Assembly (NCBI GenBank): GCA_965644295.1
Contig: CBFFRP010000127.1
Span: 124,001 to 188,000 of the forward strand
DNA from: Paraphysomonas bandaiensis
Taxonomy: Eukaryota; Protista; Chrysophyceae
Direction: 5' to 3'
Length of the DNA stretch: 64,000 nt
Below, piece by piece: positions 38,266 through 52,357 of this stretch. Position 1 is the first letter of the stretch. Each line of letters begins with the position of its first letter. A model generated the notes under the pieces. That model did no database searches, was not told the origin of the DNA, and saw only the letters and a list, made by a program, of their open reading frames with translations. Both the position numbers and the translations under genes were made by a program.

Positions 38266-38756
38266 GGTCACTTATAATAGAATCTATGGTGGATACTCAG
38301 ACTCACAGCGTCTTCAGATTATCTTACGAGGCGATGTTCCAGAGGTGTGGATACACTCACTGCAGTGCGGTGCAGTAGAAGAGCAGATACATACATACAT
38401 GCATATATACAGGCAGGCATACATACAGCAGTACACAGAGCCATAGATACCTCCATCTTATCCCACACAGCAACACATTTCCCATGATTCCTGTAATGTG
38501 AGTGGTGGGTGATCCATCAGATTATCATCACCATCAGCAGCTCAAAGACTACCTACTGTATTAAGCGTATACCGTGATTTGCACAGGCCCCCTACAGCAG
38601 TTGGCCAGATATTGGGATACACGCCAATCACATCAGCCGTACAGCACACCTCACTGCCTCCATGAAAATTTGAACACTGCATATCTGTTAGCAGCGATCT
38701 AATCTGTGCTGCTAAGGTGACTTATACCTTGTCAGTTCTTGCACTCTTAGTTTGTA

Positions 38757-40628
38757 ATGACGACGAGAATACGTGACTTTGATTTCTATAGGAAGATTCC
38801 CAAGGATCTGACGGAGACCACATCTCATGGGTCAGTGCTGTCAGCATGTGCAGTCTTGTTCATGCTTGTGCTCTTCCTTGCAGAATTAATGGCATTTCTT
38901 ACTGTTACATATGAAACTAATATGGTTATCGATCAAAGCCTCGACCCTTTGCTTCGTATTAACTTTAATATCTCTGTTTTGGATCTTCCATGTGAGTTTG
39001 CAGTTATAGATGTTGTCGATGTCCTTGGCACGCGCACGCAGAACATTACGAAGAATGTAAATAAGTGGCATATTGATAGCAGTGGATCATATCGAAATTA
39101 CGTCGGTCAAAATCGCAAGAACGATGTGAGATACGACACCCATCACCCCGATATCGATGTCCTTCATGAAAATGGCGTTCATGCAGTTCCCATTAGCGAT
39201 AATAATTTTGACGGTAATCTTTTATTATTTCACCTTTCATACTTTTGTTTCTTTATGTGATATCATTGCTAAGTATATGGTTTTGTTCTTTTGATCGTTG
39301 CGTATTAGAATGGATCTCTGAACATCACTATACTTTTGTGAACTTCTATGCACCGTGGTGCGTTTGGTGCCAACGTCTTGAACCTGTATGGGAAGCATTC
39401 GCCGAGCATGTCGAAGCTCGAGGAATTCGTGTTAGTGTTGTGAAGGTCGACTGCGTAGAAAATAGAAATCTGTGTGAACGAAACAAAGTTCAGGCATTCC
39501 CATTGCTTCGACTATTCAAAGAAGGGGTCGCTCAACTGCCAGACTACCGCTCCGATCGCACAGTAGATTCTTTGACAGCATTTGTCAAGACGAAAATTAC
39601 AAAGGGTGATTATGCAGCACTGTTAGAACCAGTACAGCAGAAAGCCCTCAAAGAAAAAGATGATATGAAGAGTGACCACCACCCCGGGTGTATGCTCTCA
39701 GGTCACCTTCTTGTCAACAGGTGAGGGATAATACGTACACATTATTATGAATGCTACAAATATTAACTCTCCAGGCATGGCATGTCGTGATATATATTAG
39801 AAACGACTATATCTCACTGCTTATACTGGCAGAGTTCCGGGAAATTTCCACATTGAAGCTCGTTCATCCAAGCATAACCTCAACCCTTACATGTCTAATA
39901 TGTCTCACATTGTGAACCACCTCTCCTTTGGTCCTGTGCACACAAAATCATCTCTTAGGTAAGATCTCTTCAGGTTCTAGAGTATGGATTGTATAGTTGC
40001 GCTCAATACCTGTGAAATATGATACTAAAATTGATTACAGCGCTATCGAATCTGTGCCTGATGACTACTTCTCTGTTTCTTCTACAATCCCCATAGACAA
40101 CAAGGGGTTTGTAAACTATAAATTACATCAAGCTTTTCATCATCACCTTAAGGTACGGAAATGGTTAGTTTCTAGACTTTGTGATAGAGGCAGTGGTATA
40201 TCTGGTGTTGAAGCCATCGTAATTTACTGTTAATTGTAGGCCGTACCAACGACACTGGAATTGAATGGTAGACACTCGCGAAGGGACCCGTCAAATATCC
40301 ACACTTACCAGATTATTCAATCTGCACAAATCATGCAGGTACTTCGTATTTAGATTGATCATATTTATTGTAGCTGCCATGAACGCTTGATGTCGTGTGT
40401 AGTGAATATAGCTGATAGACTGACATAATGTTTTAGTACGATGAAAACGATGTACCTGAGGCACGCTTCACTTACGACATTTCACCGATGTCTATCATGA
40501 TAGTGAAAAAGAGCAAGCAATGGTATGAATTCGTAACCTCAATATGTGCAGTGATCGGTGGAACTTTTACGGTGGTTGGTCTTCTGAGTGGCGTACTGAG
40601 TACGATATTCAAGGCCAAGAAAGTTTAG
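38757..40628 (+). CDS. PDI-C type protein (ERGIC N-terminal domain + thioredoxin + COPII-coated vesicle Erv domain), multi-exon
   Basis: FDFYRKIPKDLTE and LRINFNI..LDLPC (ERGIC_N); FVNFYAPWCVWCQRL (thioredoxin); GCMLSGHLLVNRVPGNFHI, FTYDISPM and ICAVIGGTFTV (Erv domain); C-terminal KAKKV. Confidence 0.92.
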
Positions 40629-41387
40629 TTACTTATGAGCAATAGTTAAAATATACGATAGGTTGTTTGCCCTGTTATGATAGTGGTCAGATTAGTTCGA
40701 TGTACGGGTATCTATATCAGTGGAAGTGCATATTGACGCCGAATAATGTACAAAGTATATTTATACGAATTCTTTGAAAGCCCTTTCAGACATTTTTTCG
40801 TTAGGTAAAATACTAAGTCTATGATGGCAATTATGAAATAATATACAGCTTACAGCAATGCAGGCGAATTGTAACTTTAGACTGATAAATACTATTACTG
40901 TCCCCATCAGGCTTGCGTTTTATACTTTTATACGTTATATATTATTCGCTCCATTGGGAGGGCATCGAGATGGCTATATACGCTCAATGAAACTAAGATG
41001 CAATTGAGGAGAAGAGGAATCTATATCTCATTAATTTCATATGTAGCTATCAAATGGTTCCTCATATCTCATATATCATGTAGAAATAAGAAATAGGAAT
41101 ATACGACTAATGCAGTGGTGATATTAACATAATGTGCGCGTGTAGACATACTGATGTCGTATAGTTATGAATGGGGAACTCGCTCTAGACTGCAACCATT
41201 AACTATTATACACTATGAGTTCATGGACTCTTCAGCTCAGGCAGGCAGGATCTGCGTCCAGTTTGCTTGTACACTGCTGGACACATCATACACTGTATAC
41301 CCCTGTATACATACACTCCACTGCTAGCAGACTACAATGCGTAGTCCACTGTATATCAGGTAGACTGACTGTTACGTTCTCAGTCAT

Positions 41388-41488
41388 ATGTGTATGTATG
41401 TATATGTATGTATGTCTATGTGTATGTATGTATATGTATGTATATGTATGTATGTCTATGTATATGTATGTATATGTATGTATGTCTA
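41388..41488. repeat. Imperfect (TATG)/(TA) compound microsatellite
   Basis: Direct reading; lies about 210 bp upstream of the ATG at 41699. Confidence 0.9.
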
Positions 41489-41698
41489 GGCAGGGAGTCT
41501 GTCTGCACTCTCCTCACCTAGAGCGATACTATCACACCGTCTCAACTCCCTTCTCTCTCTGCTGGGAGTTTAAAGGAGCCCCAGTGAAGTTATGTGTTGG
41601 TAGGATACTCTGTTTTTGATTGCTTATCATTGTTGCTGTGTCTGATATATATATACATACATACATACTGTGAGAGTATATTATTGTGGATACAGCTC

Positions 41699-44600
41699 AT
41701 GAGGGGTCTGCTGGTCTCCTCGAAGCTCATCAATGTCAGCCGGGAGTATGCTGACTGCTCCTTCGAATACCAGTGTGGGAATAGCCCAGCTATAGTTTCA
41801 TCCAGTGATCCTGCTGCTCCTGCAGTCTGTGTACCTCTCATATCGTCCTCTCCCTCTGCTGGTCACCTTGTTATCAATGTGGTCCACAGAATCAATAGTG
41901 AGGATAAAATAATTGCCTCAAGAACGATCAAAGTGACCTCATCAGATCAGACCCAAGAAGAGAAATTTAATTTGGATAAATCTTCTGGTGATGCTCTAAA
42001 CGGCACACTGATGGTTGAGTATAAGGTAGAAGAGTGCTCCGTATTAAATGCTATGAGTACTCTTACCCGCGGTCAAGGCTTGTGTATATCTGCGAACTTC
42101 GTGGGAACTCCTTCAGAAGATCTCTCTATTCGTGTGCTAGATGAGAAGGGTGTCTGTGTTGCAATGACGTCTATAATTCCTCCTAGGGCATCTAGCTTTC
42201 TCGTCCTTCACTCTGAGTTGGGAGATCTTGAGTTATCCGTAGCTGGCAAGAACTCAGGTGTGTTTCAGGTACCCTTCGCAGTGAATATTCCAATGGTTGT
42301 TAAGTTGGAAGCGTATCCATCTGGCTACATATTGCTACACGTTCAACTTCTGTCGCCGGGTACTGGACGGTGTGTAACTTTAGATACTGTAAATCTTGAC
42401 CTTCCTAATGGGGACGGCATTATTTACCATCTAGAATCTCTACTACTAGACACTGATGAGTTAGCTCCGGTAAATACCACTGCTGTGTGTGCAGGGATTG
42501 TATATGGGCCAATTTTGTCTCGCCGTGAACTGCCGCCACACCCATCCACAGTCCGCAATAAATTCACATATGCACTCAGCAATGTGGAATCATCTTCTGA
42601 TGGAGCAGAGGAAGAATCTAAGAAGCCACGAGTGTGTGACAGTGGTATCCGCGGCTTAGTTTTGTCACCCGATTCTGCGGATTCAAAGGTGTGCCTCAGG
42701 CTTTCAGTCCTACGTGTATTGGATAGTCAACGCTCTTCCGAGGAGACTGTTTTAGAAGGTCCATGTGGTGTGCTCCTTGCGTCGTGTGTACTACGTGAAA
42801 TTGATCGACAAGGAGTCTCATGCACTGGGACCACAAGCAAAAACGTGCAGGAATTATCAGATGATGTGGAACAAGTGAAGGAAGCAACTTCCGGTGAAGA
42901 TTGTTTTACCTGTATCATGGGTGGAGAGATTGACTACGTTGGGGACAATACCGACACCCCCCTTGCAATTGGGGATCGTCTCTCTGCATCAGTTGTGGTG
43001 GGTTATATTTTATCGAATACGTTACTTCCTGAGCAACCAAAGGATGACTCACAGCCACTACCCAGCGAATCATTGCTGGAAGACATATCGCCCAAGTGTG
43101 TCATCGAGCCTGCTCGGCCAGTTCTTATCTCTTCGGCCCCTACTTCCCCTCAACATGAAGATACCCCTCAGACATCCATGTCACAGTCACTACCACCTGG
43201 TGATTCCTCTCTCAGTGCCGCGGGAGGTAGCTTCGTACAACTGCTCAGCAGTGAGCTACGAGAGAAGCAACGAGTAATAGATCGGCTACTCGATGATAGC
43301 ACTGCTAAAGGAGAGGTGAGTCTATAATAGCGCTGTAGAGCTCAAAACAACATTGTTTTTTACTTTGTTATCGTGGTAATGTTAATCAGATAATATCAAA
43401 AAATGTGAAAGATATCGCATCCTTACAGAAAGAAATAGGACTTCTGAAGGTACTGTACTGTTTGCAGTCGTGATGCGTCTAAAGTACCTGTCTGTAAGAG
43501 CAAACTTGCAGAAGCACAGGCGGCCTTGAGTTATCGTGAGCAAGAATCAGACGCAGCTGTGAAGTTGGCAGAAGAAGGCCTGAATAATCCGCAGTCATTA
43601 ATTCATTGCAGCCGTGAGATGCTCGTTAATGCTGTCGTAGAAACGACACATCGCTACCGAAAAGTGGACAATGAGCGCCTGGAGTTAAAAAGAACAATAT
43701 CTGACTCCGTTAGTATCCGAAGGCAATTTGTTGACCTCAAAAAGGCTTACAAGGAATTACAAGATGCTCACGTACAACAAGCTCGGCATATTCAACAGTT
43801 ACAGAACCAACATTCAAAAGTAAGAATCGTGCGTGTAATTTTTCGCTCCCTTTATTCTTTCGGCGCAGGTGACTACGTATCAATCCACCATAATGATGCA
43901 AGAGAAAGTCATAAATAAAATGCAAAGTATTATAGAGTCACATCTTCGGTCCGCCGCCAAGAATGGTCAAGGACCATCTGCTATGAAGCAGGGGCTACTT
44001 CTCGAACCGAATCCAGCCAATGTAAGAATTACTTTTTGTTGTTCGCTGTATATTTATTCTACTGATGTGGTTTTACAGAGGAAAAGGAGTGCTGCTCCTG
44101 GTGAACCTACTGTACGAAGTGGTGATGGTGATGCCGACGTACAAGAATTGCGGCAGAAATGTGCGTCACTAGAGGCGCAGGTACTTTATATCCGTCATGG
44201 TGTGCAGCTCACGGAGTTGTATATGAAAATAAAACATTTTTGTATATTGTTGTATTGGTGTTTTTTGTCTGTAGTGTGCATGAGGTGATTTAAATTTATT
44301 GTGACCAGATCCAATCGCGGGACATACGTATTGAATCTCTTCAAGAGCAACTTACATCATCAGCGCAAGAGGCATCACGAGAAATCGCTTCGCTACGTAC
44401 TCGATTGTTTGAATTAGAGATGACAGCTGGCTCCTCTGTTGGTGACCCAGATGACGTAGATACAGGCTCATTATTTGGATCTCCGTCGAAAAATAAACTG
44501 AATATTCCGTTTCAACGCCCGCGAGATGTAGCAGATACACTTATACAAGGGGGAATCGCTAGTAATCCTCACTCCAAAGTTCCATCACCGAGTAGTGACA

Positions 44601-45220
44601 CTTACGCAGACCTTGCTGGAAATGTATTTCGTCATCGTGGGGAAACGAAATCTCGTGAATCTATTTCTCAGGGCAAGAATTTGACAGGCCGTCGAGAGGA
44701 AGGAAAGAGGCCATATATACACAAAGCATATCGCGCAGACTCTATGACAGGGAGCCCACGTCCAGCTTCACCGTCAGAGCTGTCTTCATTTGGAAACAGT
44801 GACCCAAGCCCACGTGTTGCGTCTCAATACCGTAAAGTATCAGAAATTAAAGACAATAGTCCAGTTGTTTCTTCTCGTCGATCAATGTCCGCAGGGAGAC
44901 AGAACAATGAAATTGAAACCAGGGATAAACCACCGCTGCAGCCTGCTGTCCTCACTGGGAGAAGCGAAAGCAAACCTACTCTGCCTCATTCTGGTACATT
45001 ATCACGAGGAGGAAGTCATCGTATCGGCGCCGCTGGCGATGATAGTTTGGAGAGCATGCTTGAAGATATTAATAAATCTTCGCGACGCGGATCTCCGCAC
45101 GAAATCCGACACTCTCCTGTAGCTAATATTTCTAGAGCCGTGCAGGATACATTAGACGATGCATTAAAACGCAATGGAGGAGATGATGATACACTTCGAA
45201 GTGCACGTGCAGGAAAGTAG
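41699..45220 (+). CDS. CCDC33-like coiled-coil protein with beta-rich (possibly C2-like) N-terminus, multi-exon
   Basis: AHVQQARHIQQLQ...TIMMQEKVINKMQSIIE and RIESLQEQLTSSAQEASREIASLRTRLFELE resemble the CCDC33 C-terminal coiled coil. Several GT-AG introns link the ORFs. Start codon is uncertain. Confidence 0.6.
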
Positions 45221-45888
45221 ATACATGTGCGGAAATATTACCGTGTATTTTGAGCAGTTATATATAGCATACTTATTTTTCCTTGGTACCTGTATTGTAG
45301 CAGTTGTATTGATATTGTGTATTTATATTAAAATATAATAATTTTTGTATATTTCGTATTATGGCCATGATACTACGCCGTCACTTTTATCATCTTATCT
45401 ACATATTGCGTACGCATGGTTGTGTCTAATAATTCCACATCATATGTCTGAATGCTTATGAGTTATGTGCTTATTATTGCAGCAATATTCAGAATTCACT
45501 GACATGCCGGATAATTAATGACGTAACTCCAACTCTATAGCGCACACAGCCGATGTTTCCTTTACATAAAGCGCTGCAAAATGACACAAGAGGACAATAT
45601 GTCGCGAAAACTACAATGTAGCGAAGATATCTAAATAGTAAGATATTGATAGCAGTAGATTTAAACTATAAACCAGGAACATGATATATAATCTGTCGTT
45701 AGAACAAGGCTCTCGTATATTTTTTAATTGGTAATACAGGAATTTAATTTTAAAAATGTATACGTGTTTCCGTCGATCACACTTCTGTCTACTGTACTGT
45801 AATTCAATACTAAAATATTGTGACGCCTCCTCTAATATCTAACATTTATAGTATCACAGTTTCTTAATCTTTTGCACAGTAGTGACGT

Positions 45889-47957
45889 CTATATAAGAAG
45901 TATTAAAACTGCAATTGAAGAAAGTATAAGATATACAAAAACCGTCCAAACGAGTGATAAACAAGATATACTCGAACTTTGGGATTCAGATTCACTGCTA
46001 TCAGATAATTTATTGATGATATTCTCATTGTTATCACAAGCGGGTGTTCCCGAATAATATCCTTTTGAAAAACGATGCAAGTTTATCGCGAAGTCATACA
46101 GCCGACTTGAATGCAACGCATACCTGCAGCACATTAATACCACAAACTTTCTATACTGTATGGATTCATACCAATCTATTATCTCATCCATTTTCTTCTG
46201 TCCTTCTGGAGTTCTAAGATGATCTCGAAGCTTGGTGAGAGCATTTCTTGTATGAATCTTTCCCTGTCTCTCATATTCATCCGATGATAACAGCTGCACA
46301 CAAGACTTCATTAAAAATGTGTGAAGTATTCATTTTAACGTTGGTATATAATGAAAAGTACCGGCTGACTGGAATAGATGTATGTCGGAGACTGACGAGC
46401 AGCTGCAGCAGTTATCCAGACGTAATGTGCCCAAGCCAGTAGGGTATCTCTGCTCATAGCTGCGACTGCGAAAATACACGATATCTCCATATTTGGGAAG
46501 CATCGCGTTAGCACCAGGAGAACTTCCAGGCAGCGCAGAAACAAACGCAAATGTGTGTAAAACGACGTTTTTTTTTCAATAATTCTCCATCGCCAAGCCA
46601 GATACGTTGATACCGCTGCAGTTAAGATGAAGTAAGCCTTGCCCAACCACTGTACACCAAACACTCCTTCAACCCTACAACCAAACGACAATCAAACGGG
46701 TCAACAAAGCAGATATATATAACTCACCAGAAATCGACTATTTGAGCGAGTAGATAATGATGGATGGAAAGAGTTGCAACAAGTAAGGCCTGGACCATAC
46801 TTAGGGCTGAGATTACAGTCTCTAAGTACCCACGCAACGACGCGCTATTACTCAGTGTGTACAAGCCAAACCTGAGTACATATTTGAAGAGTGGGCCCAT
46901 TAATATGGCAGATAGTACAGGTTCCAAGTAATGCCCAAACGACAGGTTATATATCATGGTGTACGAGCCCAACCTGCATAGCAGTAGGCTTAAGTCATGA
47001 TAATAAGTCGACACTGCGTCGTGACAACTTCAACATAAAAAGTATATCGCAACCCAAAAATACACATATAACAGTAGCCATTCGTTACATTTATCTTACT
47101 TGTACAACAATGCAGTAATTGACGTGATTTTAGTGACTTCAAAAATGCTGGAAACAAGATATTTGACGACCGACGAGGATGCAATGTCCTCCTCTAAAGC
47201 AAGTAGGAAACAAGCAACTAATATCATTATTGGATACACTGGTACTGAGATTGCAATACCATCCCAGCCTACTAATCCAATAGTTGGAGTATCTAATTTG
47301 TATGTCGCTTCTGAAATGTCATCTGATTGAGATAAGTACCCTATACATGCAGAGTGGAAAGGATCAACTTTGAGAAGGCACATATCTTTCGCCGTGACAG
47401 TAGCTGTACAAGGTTCGAAATGGATACACCACTCCTGATGAGCTCCAACGGATAAAGGTAATATCTCCGTGTGTTGGGACAATTCTTCACCATTTCTGCA
47501 GCGACACTCCGTTAAAATCCCCGAAATGTTACAAGCCAATTGTTGCCACAAAGGTTTCTGTTGAAGTAAAACAACATCAGAATAGTCCGCCAAGCCCCCT
47601 GACTGAGAACGATTTATGCGAAATACGCCATCAGATATCAGAATGCTCAGTGGGAGTTTAGTTTGATGGAGCACAAGAGAGAAAGAGTTTGATATTGACT
47701 GCCACACACATTACACAAACAACTATCACACTCTCATCACTCACTTTATACAGGCCTTCATTGTGCTTCTCTCCATTGAGAGTATGCTCTTGTTCGGAGT
47801 TGTAGCGGTTAATTTGTATAACGGAGAAGAGGTTCACTATATCTGCTAATGAGGGCTCTGTTGCTGTGTTGCACAGAACTGTGTGCTTCACTGTACTGTC
47901 TACTCCATTCAAACATATGGAGACCACCAGCAGGAAGAACACAGGTGTAGTTTTCAT
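45889..47957 (-). CDS. NEMP/TMEM194-like nuclear envelope integral membrane protein, multi-exon
   Basis: Signal peptide MKTTPVFFLLVVSICLNGVDS, several transmembrane segments, and LLSSDEYERQGKIHTRNALTKLRDHLRTP...RFSKG resembling the conserved NEMP C-terminal region. Confidence 0.72.
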
Positions 47958-49092
47958 GTTTGTGGCGGGTAGAGTGAGTATGGTGGGATTGTAATGTGCT
48001 TCCAGATCCACAGCAAGCGTCAAGTTCATAGATGCGATTTTAGACGTATGTATGCTAGCATACATAGACAGGCAGGCAGATCTTCTATACGCACACAGAA
48101 AGCAGGAATATTCTACTATAATATTTATGCATTTTACTGATTTTCGAAGGTATTGTTGTGAAATATGGAGATAATTCTATTTTTATAAGAAAAACATTAA
48201 AAAAATGGAATTATTGTGGTGTTGGTTGCCTGGATTTCCTCCTTTTTGATGCACTGCGCGCTGGATCATTTGCTTGCATGGGAAGGAAGCAAGATATCTA
48301 GATATGTGATAGCGTTGCTTGTATCATTGCGCTATGCTTGTTGTTGGGCATTCGGGTTACTGACGTGTGGTCTGTTGCTTTCAATGTAATGATCTCTATT
48401 GTAATTATAGGGAACCTTTCCAATCGAAATAGCTGATATGAGTAGAATATAATGCCTCATGAGTAAGTAGTGGCCGTTGAGTGGTGATAGCAGCTGATTG
48501 CCTTCTCCATAAAAAGACTCGAAAGAAGTTGAAGTGCAAGAAGCTTATGAAGGAAGGGCCAGAGTGGACTTCACTGGTGAACTGCGCAATGTTCTTTCTG
48601 TTTTTGCTATTGCAGCGAGCATATTTCTCTGAGCTCTCAAGTGTTTCTATATGACATGTTAGATATGCAACTGATCTATATTTTGGTTATAATGACTCTT
48701 AAATGATTAAAATAGCACCTTCTGATAAAACTTTCTGAGTTTATACATTGCTAAAATCATTAGCTTGTAAAGATATACAATAGTCTTAAGTAAGCAGCCG
48801 GGCAATAGTCAAAGTTTTGTTGTCACTAAATAAGGTAGTTTTACTTCAATTTGTCGCTACGATTAAAGTAGGTTCATATCGTAGCTTTAAATACCGCAAG
48901 TTCACATCTGAAAGAGCTAAATAAACTCAACAAAACGGTTATTACTGATCACTGACATATTAATATCCTAATGTCTATTCTTAATATAAAAAATAAAACC
49001 CGTAGTATACAGTCCGCCGGTACATTTTTCAACCAAGAAATAATACTGTAGAGATGCTACACAATCATCCACACACACAGTTTCCAGTTCCT

Positions 49093-49115
49093 CAGGGCTG
49101 CGTAACAATTAATTG
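49093..49115 (+). mobile_element. Solo TIR of the CAGGGCTGCGTAA MITE family
   Basis: CAGGGCTGCGTAACAATTAATTG differs by one base from the TIR at 4684 and is followed by AATT-rich sequence. No partner end was seen. Confidence 0.55.
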
Positions 49116-49885
49116 CATTCAAGTTGCAATTGTTAGTTATAGCTCGCGCTATTATAATTGCAATTTAATTGTCAATTATTGTCCAACCCCCACCAATCCA
49201 ACAGTTTTGGTAGAATATGTTACTTTAATCGCAGTAAGATTCGATATGTGTAACAGAAATGCACCTTAGTCTTGCTGCCGCACTTTTATCTATGTACACA
49301 TTGCTCAGTTCAGCAGTTCCCCACTCCGGGTTCTCATTACATATTCAGCGCTGAATACCGTGTGATAATGATGTAGCTAGTTGGGTTCAGTAGGTAGCTA
49401 GGAAAAAACGTATGGGACTTAAATCAAGTATTAGTTAGGTACCCACCCGGCTCTACCTAAGTACGCGCTCAGAATGGGGCACTTGCTTACAAAGGTACGT
49501 AGGCTCTTGCGGTCTTGCTACCACACCTGGTTCATGTATGTATATTGTGTACTATAAACGTAAAAATCTAGCAAGGGATTTCACCTATCTGAATCGGGAG
49601 TTCTAAAGGGCTTTACTCGGTTGCCGGGGATTTTTAGTACTAAACTATACTTTTCACTAAAATAACTACAACAGAAAACGTCCTGAGAATAACGCAGAAG
49701 TATCCAGATGGCGCAAAAAAACTAGGAACAAAAACAAGTATTCACTTACTTTATTTATACATAAGAAATATCTGTAACCACAGTTATTAATGATTTTCAT
49801 ATTCACTACAGGAACATACATAAGCTGGAAGAACACAAATTGAAGTATTAGAGAATACACGATATAAACCAACATCCAATGCTTA

Positions 49886-51613
49886 TTAAGACAAAAACCT
49901 AAGCTCATCGTTGTCATCGTTAGTATTGTCTTCCCCCTGATTCTTCTTCTCTTTACGAACGGGCTTGGATCGAAACATAACTTGTCGCCCAGTTCGCTTT
50001 TTGGGCGCTTGTAATGACCTTTCGATAGATCTCTTGTTGCGCTCCTCCTGTAGCTTTTCTTGTAATGCCTGTTGTTCTTCTCTTTTGCGTTCTCTGCGCT
50101 TTTTCTCCTTATCCTTCTCTGCTTTCACTACATATTCAGTGGGCATTTTCTCCACTTCAGCCAGCAGTACTTCGAGTCTACTTTCAAGTTGTGATAGCAT
50201 AAAGAGCGTGCTCGGTTTTGAGGAAGCATCAAATCCGCAATGCTCGTAAACGTACCGCACTTTGGCGTGAAGGTCAGAGAGTAGCTTTTCCTTTTCCTGC
50301 TGCGTGTGTGGAGCGCTCGAACTACTGCCATTACCAGCTATATTCTGTGCTTTAGAGGCTGCCTTCTCCATCCCGTCTGCAGCTGCAATCCTCTTAGCCA
50401 ACAAATCCTTCGCACGACGCTCCTCCATTTGAATTTCATTTTGCAGTTCGTTTATCTGTGACTGTAAAGCGTCTGTCTGCCTATTCATAGTGCCCTTTGT
50501 TTCCTTGAACGCCAGACGGAGCTCCTCGAGTGTGTGCTCTGTTTCCTGGCTGTTCTGTATGAGAAATAGATTTTGTTCTTCAAGAGCAGCAAATATATCC
50601 ATAAGCTGTTGTGGCTGCTTAAAGTACATGGGCATCTCGCGCTCCTCCCATTCTGGCATTGGCTCATCCTCTAGCCTCGGCGGAGGGGGAATATTCAGCC
50701 TTGGAGAGTCACTCTCTTTGTCGTCATGTGACTCCTCCGCTTGAGCTCTTTTCTTATTCTTGCTACCTTTTGTCTCCTTTTTCGCAGCTTCAACCTCCTT
50801 GCGGTGCTGCTCAATTATGCGCCTCTTGTTGGCCTCCCATGCTTTTAGTTTTTTTTCAAACCTCTCCCGCCGCAACTGCTCCCTTTCTTCCTCCTGAGCA
50901 CGTTTGTGTTGCTCAAACCATTCAGGTGGTGTCAACATGTCCAGAAAAGCTTTGTAGCGAAGGCAGTCCTCCAGTGCCTCCTTGTGTTTCGACATTTCGC
51001 TTGTTAGGGCTTGGATCTGTTGAGTTAGCCTCTTTATCTCTTGTGTCTTTTCCTGCTTTTTCTTTGTTTCTTCTTCCGCACGCTTGATAGCATCATGAGC
51101 CTTTTTGTCGTTCTCCTTAAGAAATGCATCAAACCTCATCGCATCCTCTTCTAACATCTGTTCAGAACGCTGCAATGCCTCTTCCTTCATTTGCGCCTTC
51201 TCCTCCAACTTCCTGATCTCCTCACGTTTGGTGTCTAAACTCATTTGAACTAAAAACATTTCTCGTTTCTTAGCAATAAATTCGGCCATGTTCTCCTTTT
51301 CTTGTCTCCGTGCAGCCGTTCCTTTTTGCTTTGCATCTGATTTGGCTAAATCGCCCAGCCCTTTCACACTCTCCTCTCCGAGAAGCTCCTTCATTCGCAC
51401 CGTGTTGCTCACCGTCCCATCCTTTCTCCTTTCCCATACCTTCAAGTTCTGGTTCTTCTGCTTCTCTTCTGACCTCTTCTTCTTCTCCTCTTCACGCATG
51501 CGGAATATTTGATCATCTGCAGGAAGTCTGAAAGGGTTGGATTCGAGGTCATCGCTATTATCTTTCGCGCCTGAAATAGGCGGAAAAGTACTACCCTTAC
51601 TCTCGCTATACAT
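49886..51613 (-). CDS. CFAP100: Cilia- and flagella-associated protein 100 (CCDC37/DUF4200), intronless, 575 aa
   Basis: FIAKKREMFLVQMSLDTKREEI...LEEDAMRFDAFLKEND, MYFKQPQQLMDIFAALEEQNLFLIQNSQETE and KKRTGRQVMFRS. Confidence 0.9.
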   Translation of the reverse strand: MYSESKGSTFPPISGAKDNSDDLESNPFRLPADDQIFRMREEEKKKRSEEKQKNQNLKVWERRKDGTVSNTVRMKELLGEESVKGLGDLAKSDAKQKGTAARRQEKENMAEFIAKKREMFLVQMSLDTKREEIRKLEEKAQMKEEALQRSEQMLEEDAMRFDAFLKENDKKAHDAIKRAEEETKKKQEKTQEIKRLTQQIQALTSEMSKHKEALEDCLRYKAFLDMLTPPEWFEQHKRAQEEEREQLRRERFEKKLKAWEANKRRIIEQHRKEVEAAKKETKGSKNKKRAQAEESHDDKESDSPRLNIPPPPRLEDEPMPEWEEREMPMYFKQPQQLMDIFAALEEQNLFLIQNSQETEHTLEELRLAFKETKGTMNRQTDALQSQINELQNEIQMEERRAKDLLAKRIAAADGMEKAASKAQNIAGNGSSSSAPHTQQEKEKLLSDLHAKVRYVYEHCGFDASSKPSTLFMLSQLESRLEVLLAEVEKMPTEYVVKAEKDKEKKRRERKREEQQALQEKLQEERNKRSIERSLQAPKKRTGRQVMFRSKPVRKEKKNQGEDNTNDDNDELRFLS

Positions 51614-51730
51614 AGATCTCTTTCAATCAAAACAATTGATAGAAAGGTGTAAAGTTTGAACTGTTGATACAGAACTATGTGAAATATGTAACGCTCACGT
51701 ATGTAAACTTGTCTATACCACAGTATATAG

Positions 51731-52106
51731 TATGTATGTATGTATGTATGTATGTATGTATGTATGTATGTATGTATGTATGTATGTATGTATGTATGTA
51801 TGTATGTATGTATGTATGTATGTATGTATGTATGTATGTATGTATGTATGTATGTATGTATGTATGTATGTATGTATGTATGTATGTATGTATGTATGTA
51901 TGTATGTATGTATGTATGTATGTATGTATGTATGTATGTATGTATGTATGTATGTATGTATGTATGTATGTATGTATGTATGTATGTATGTATGTATGTA
52001 TGTATGTATGTATGTATGTATGTATGTATGTATGTATGTATGTATGTATGTATGTATGTATGTATGTATGTATGTATGTATGTATGTATGTATGTATGTA
52101 TGTATG
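51731..52106. repeat. Perfect (TATG)n microsatellite, ~94 units
   Basis: Uninterrupted 376-bp run between the divergent CFAP100 and spermidine synthase starts. Confidence 0.98.
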
Positions 52107-52357
52107 CAAAAGGATCTGGAAGGTTTGTCATTCTACTGTGCAAACTACGTAGCTACAGAGCTATCTTTTTGGTTGTGTGCTATACACACAAATACTACTG
52201 TACTACATGACCAAATGTGGATGATACGGCTGCAGGGTGCAGCAAGCAGTGTGGTATGTATGTATGTATATTGCATAGTTGCTTTTGCATTGTTCTCACT
52301 CTAAGACCTTATTTCCATTGTTCAGACCATATACTACACCACTAGAATATCTCAACT

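Noticed and set aside
51442-52304. YIHT/MYVC repeat ORFs on both strands
   Set aside because: Translation of the (TATG)n microsatellite, which has no stop codons.
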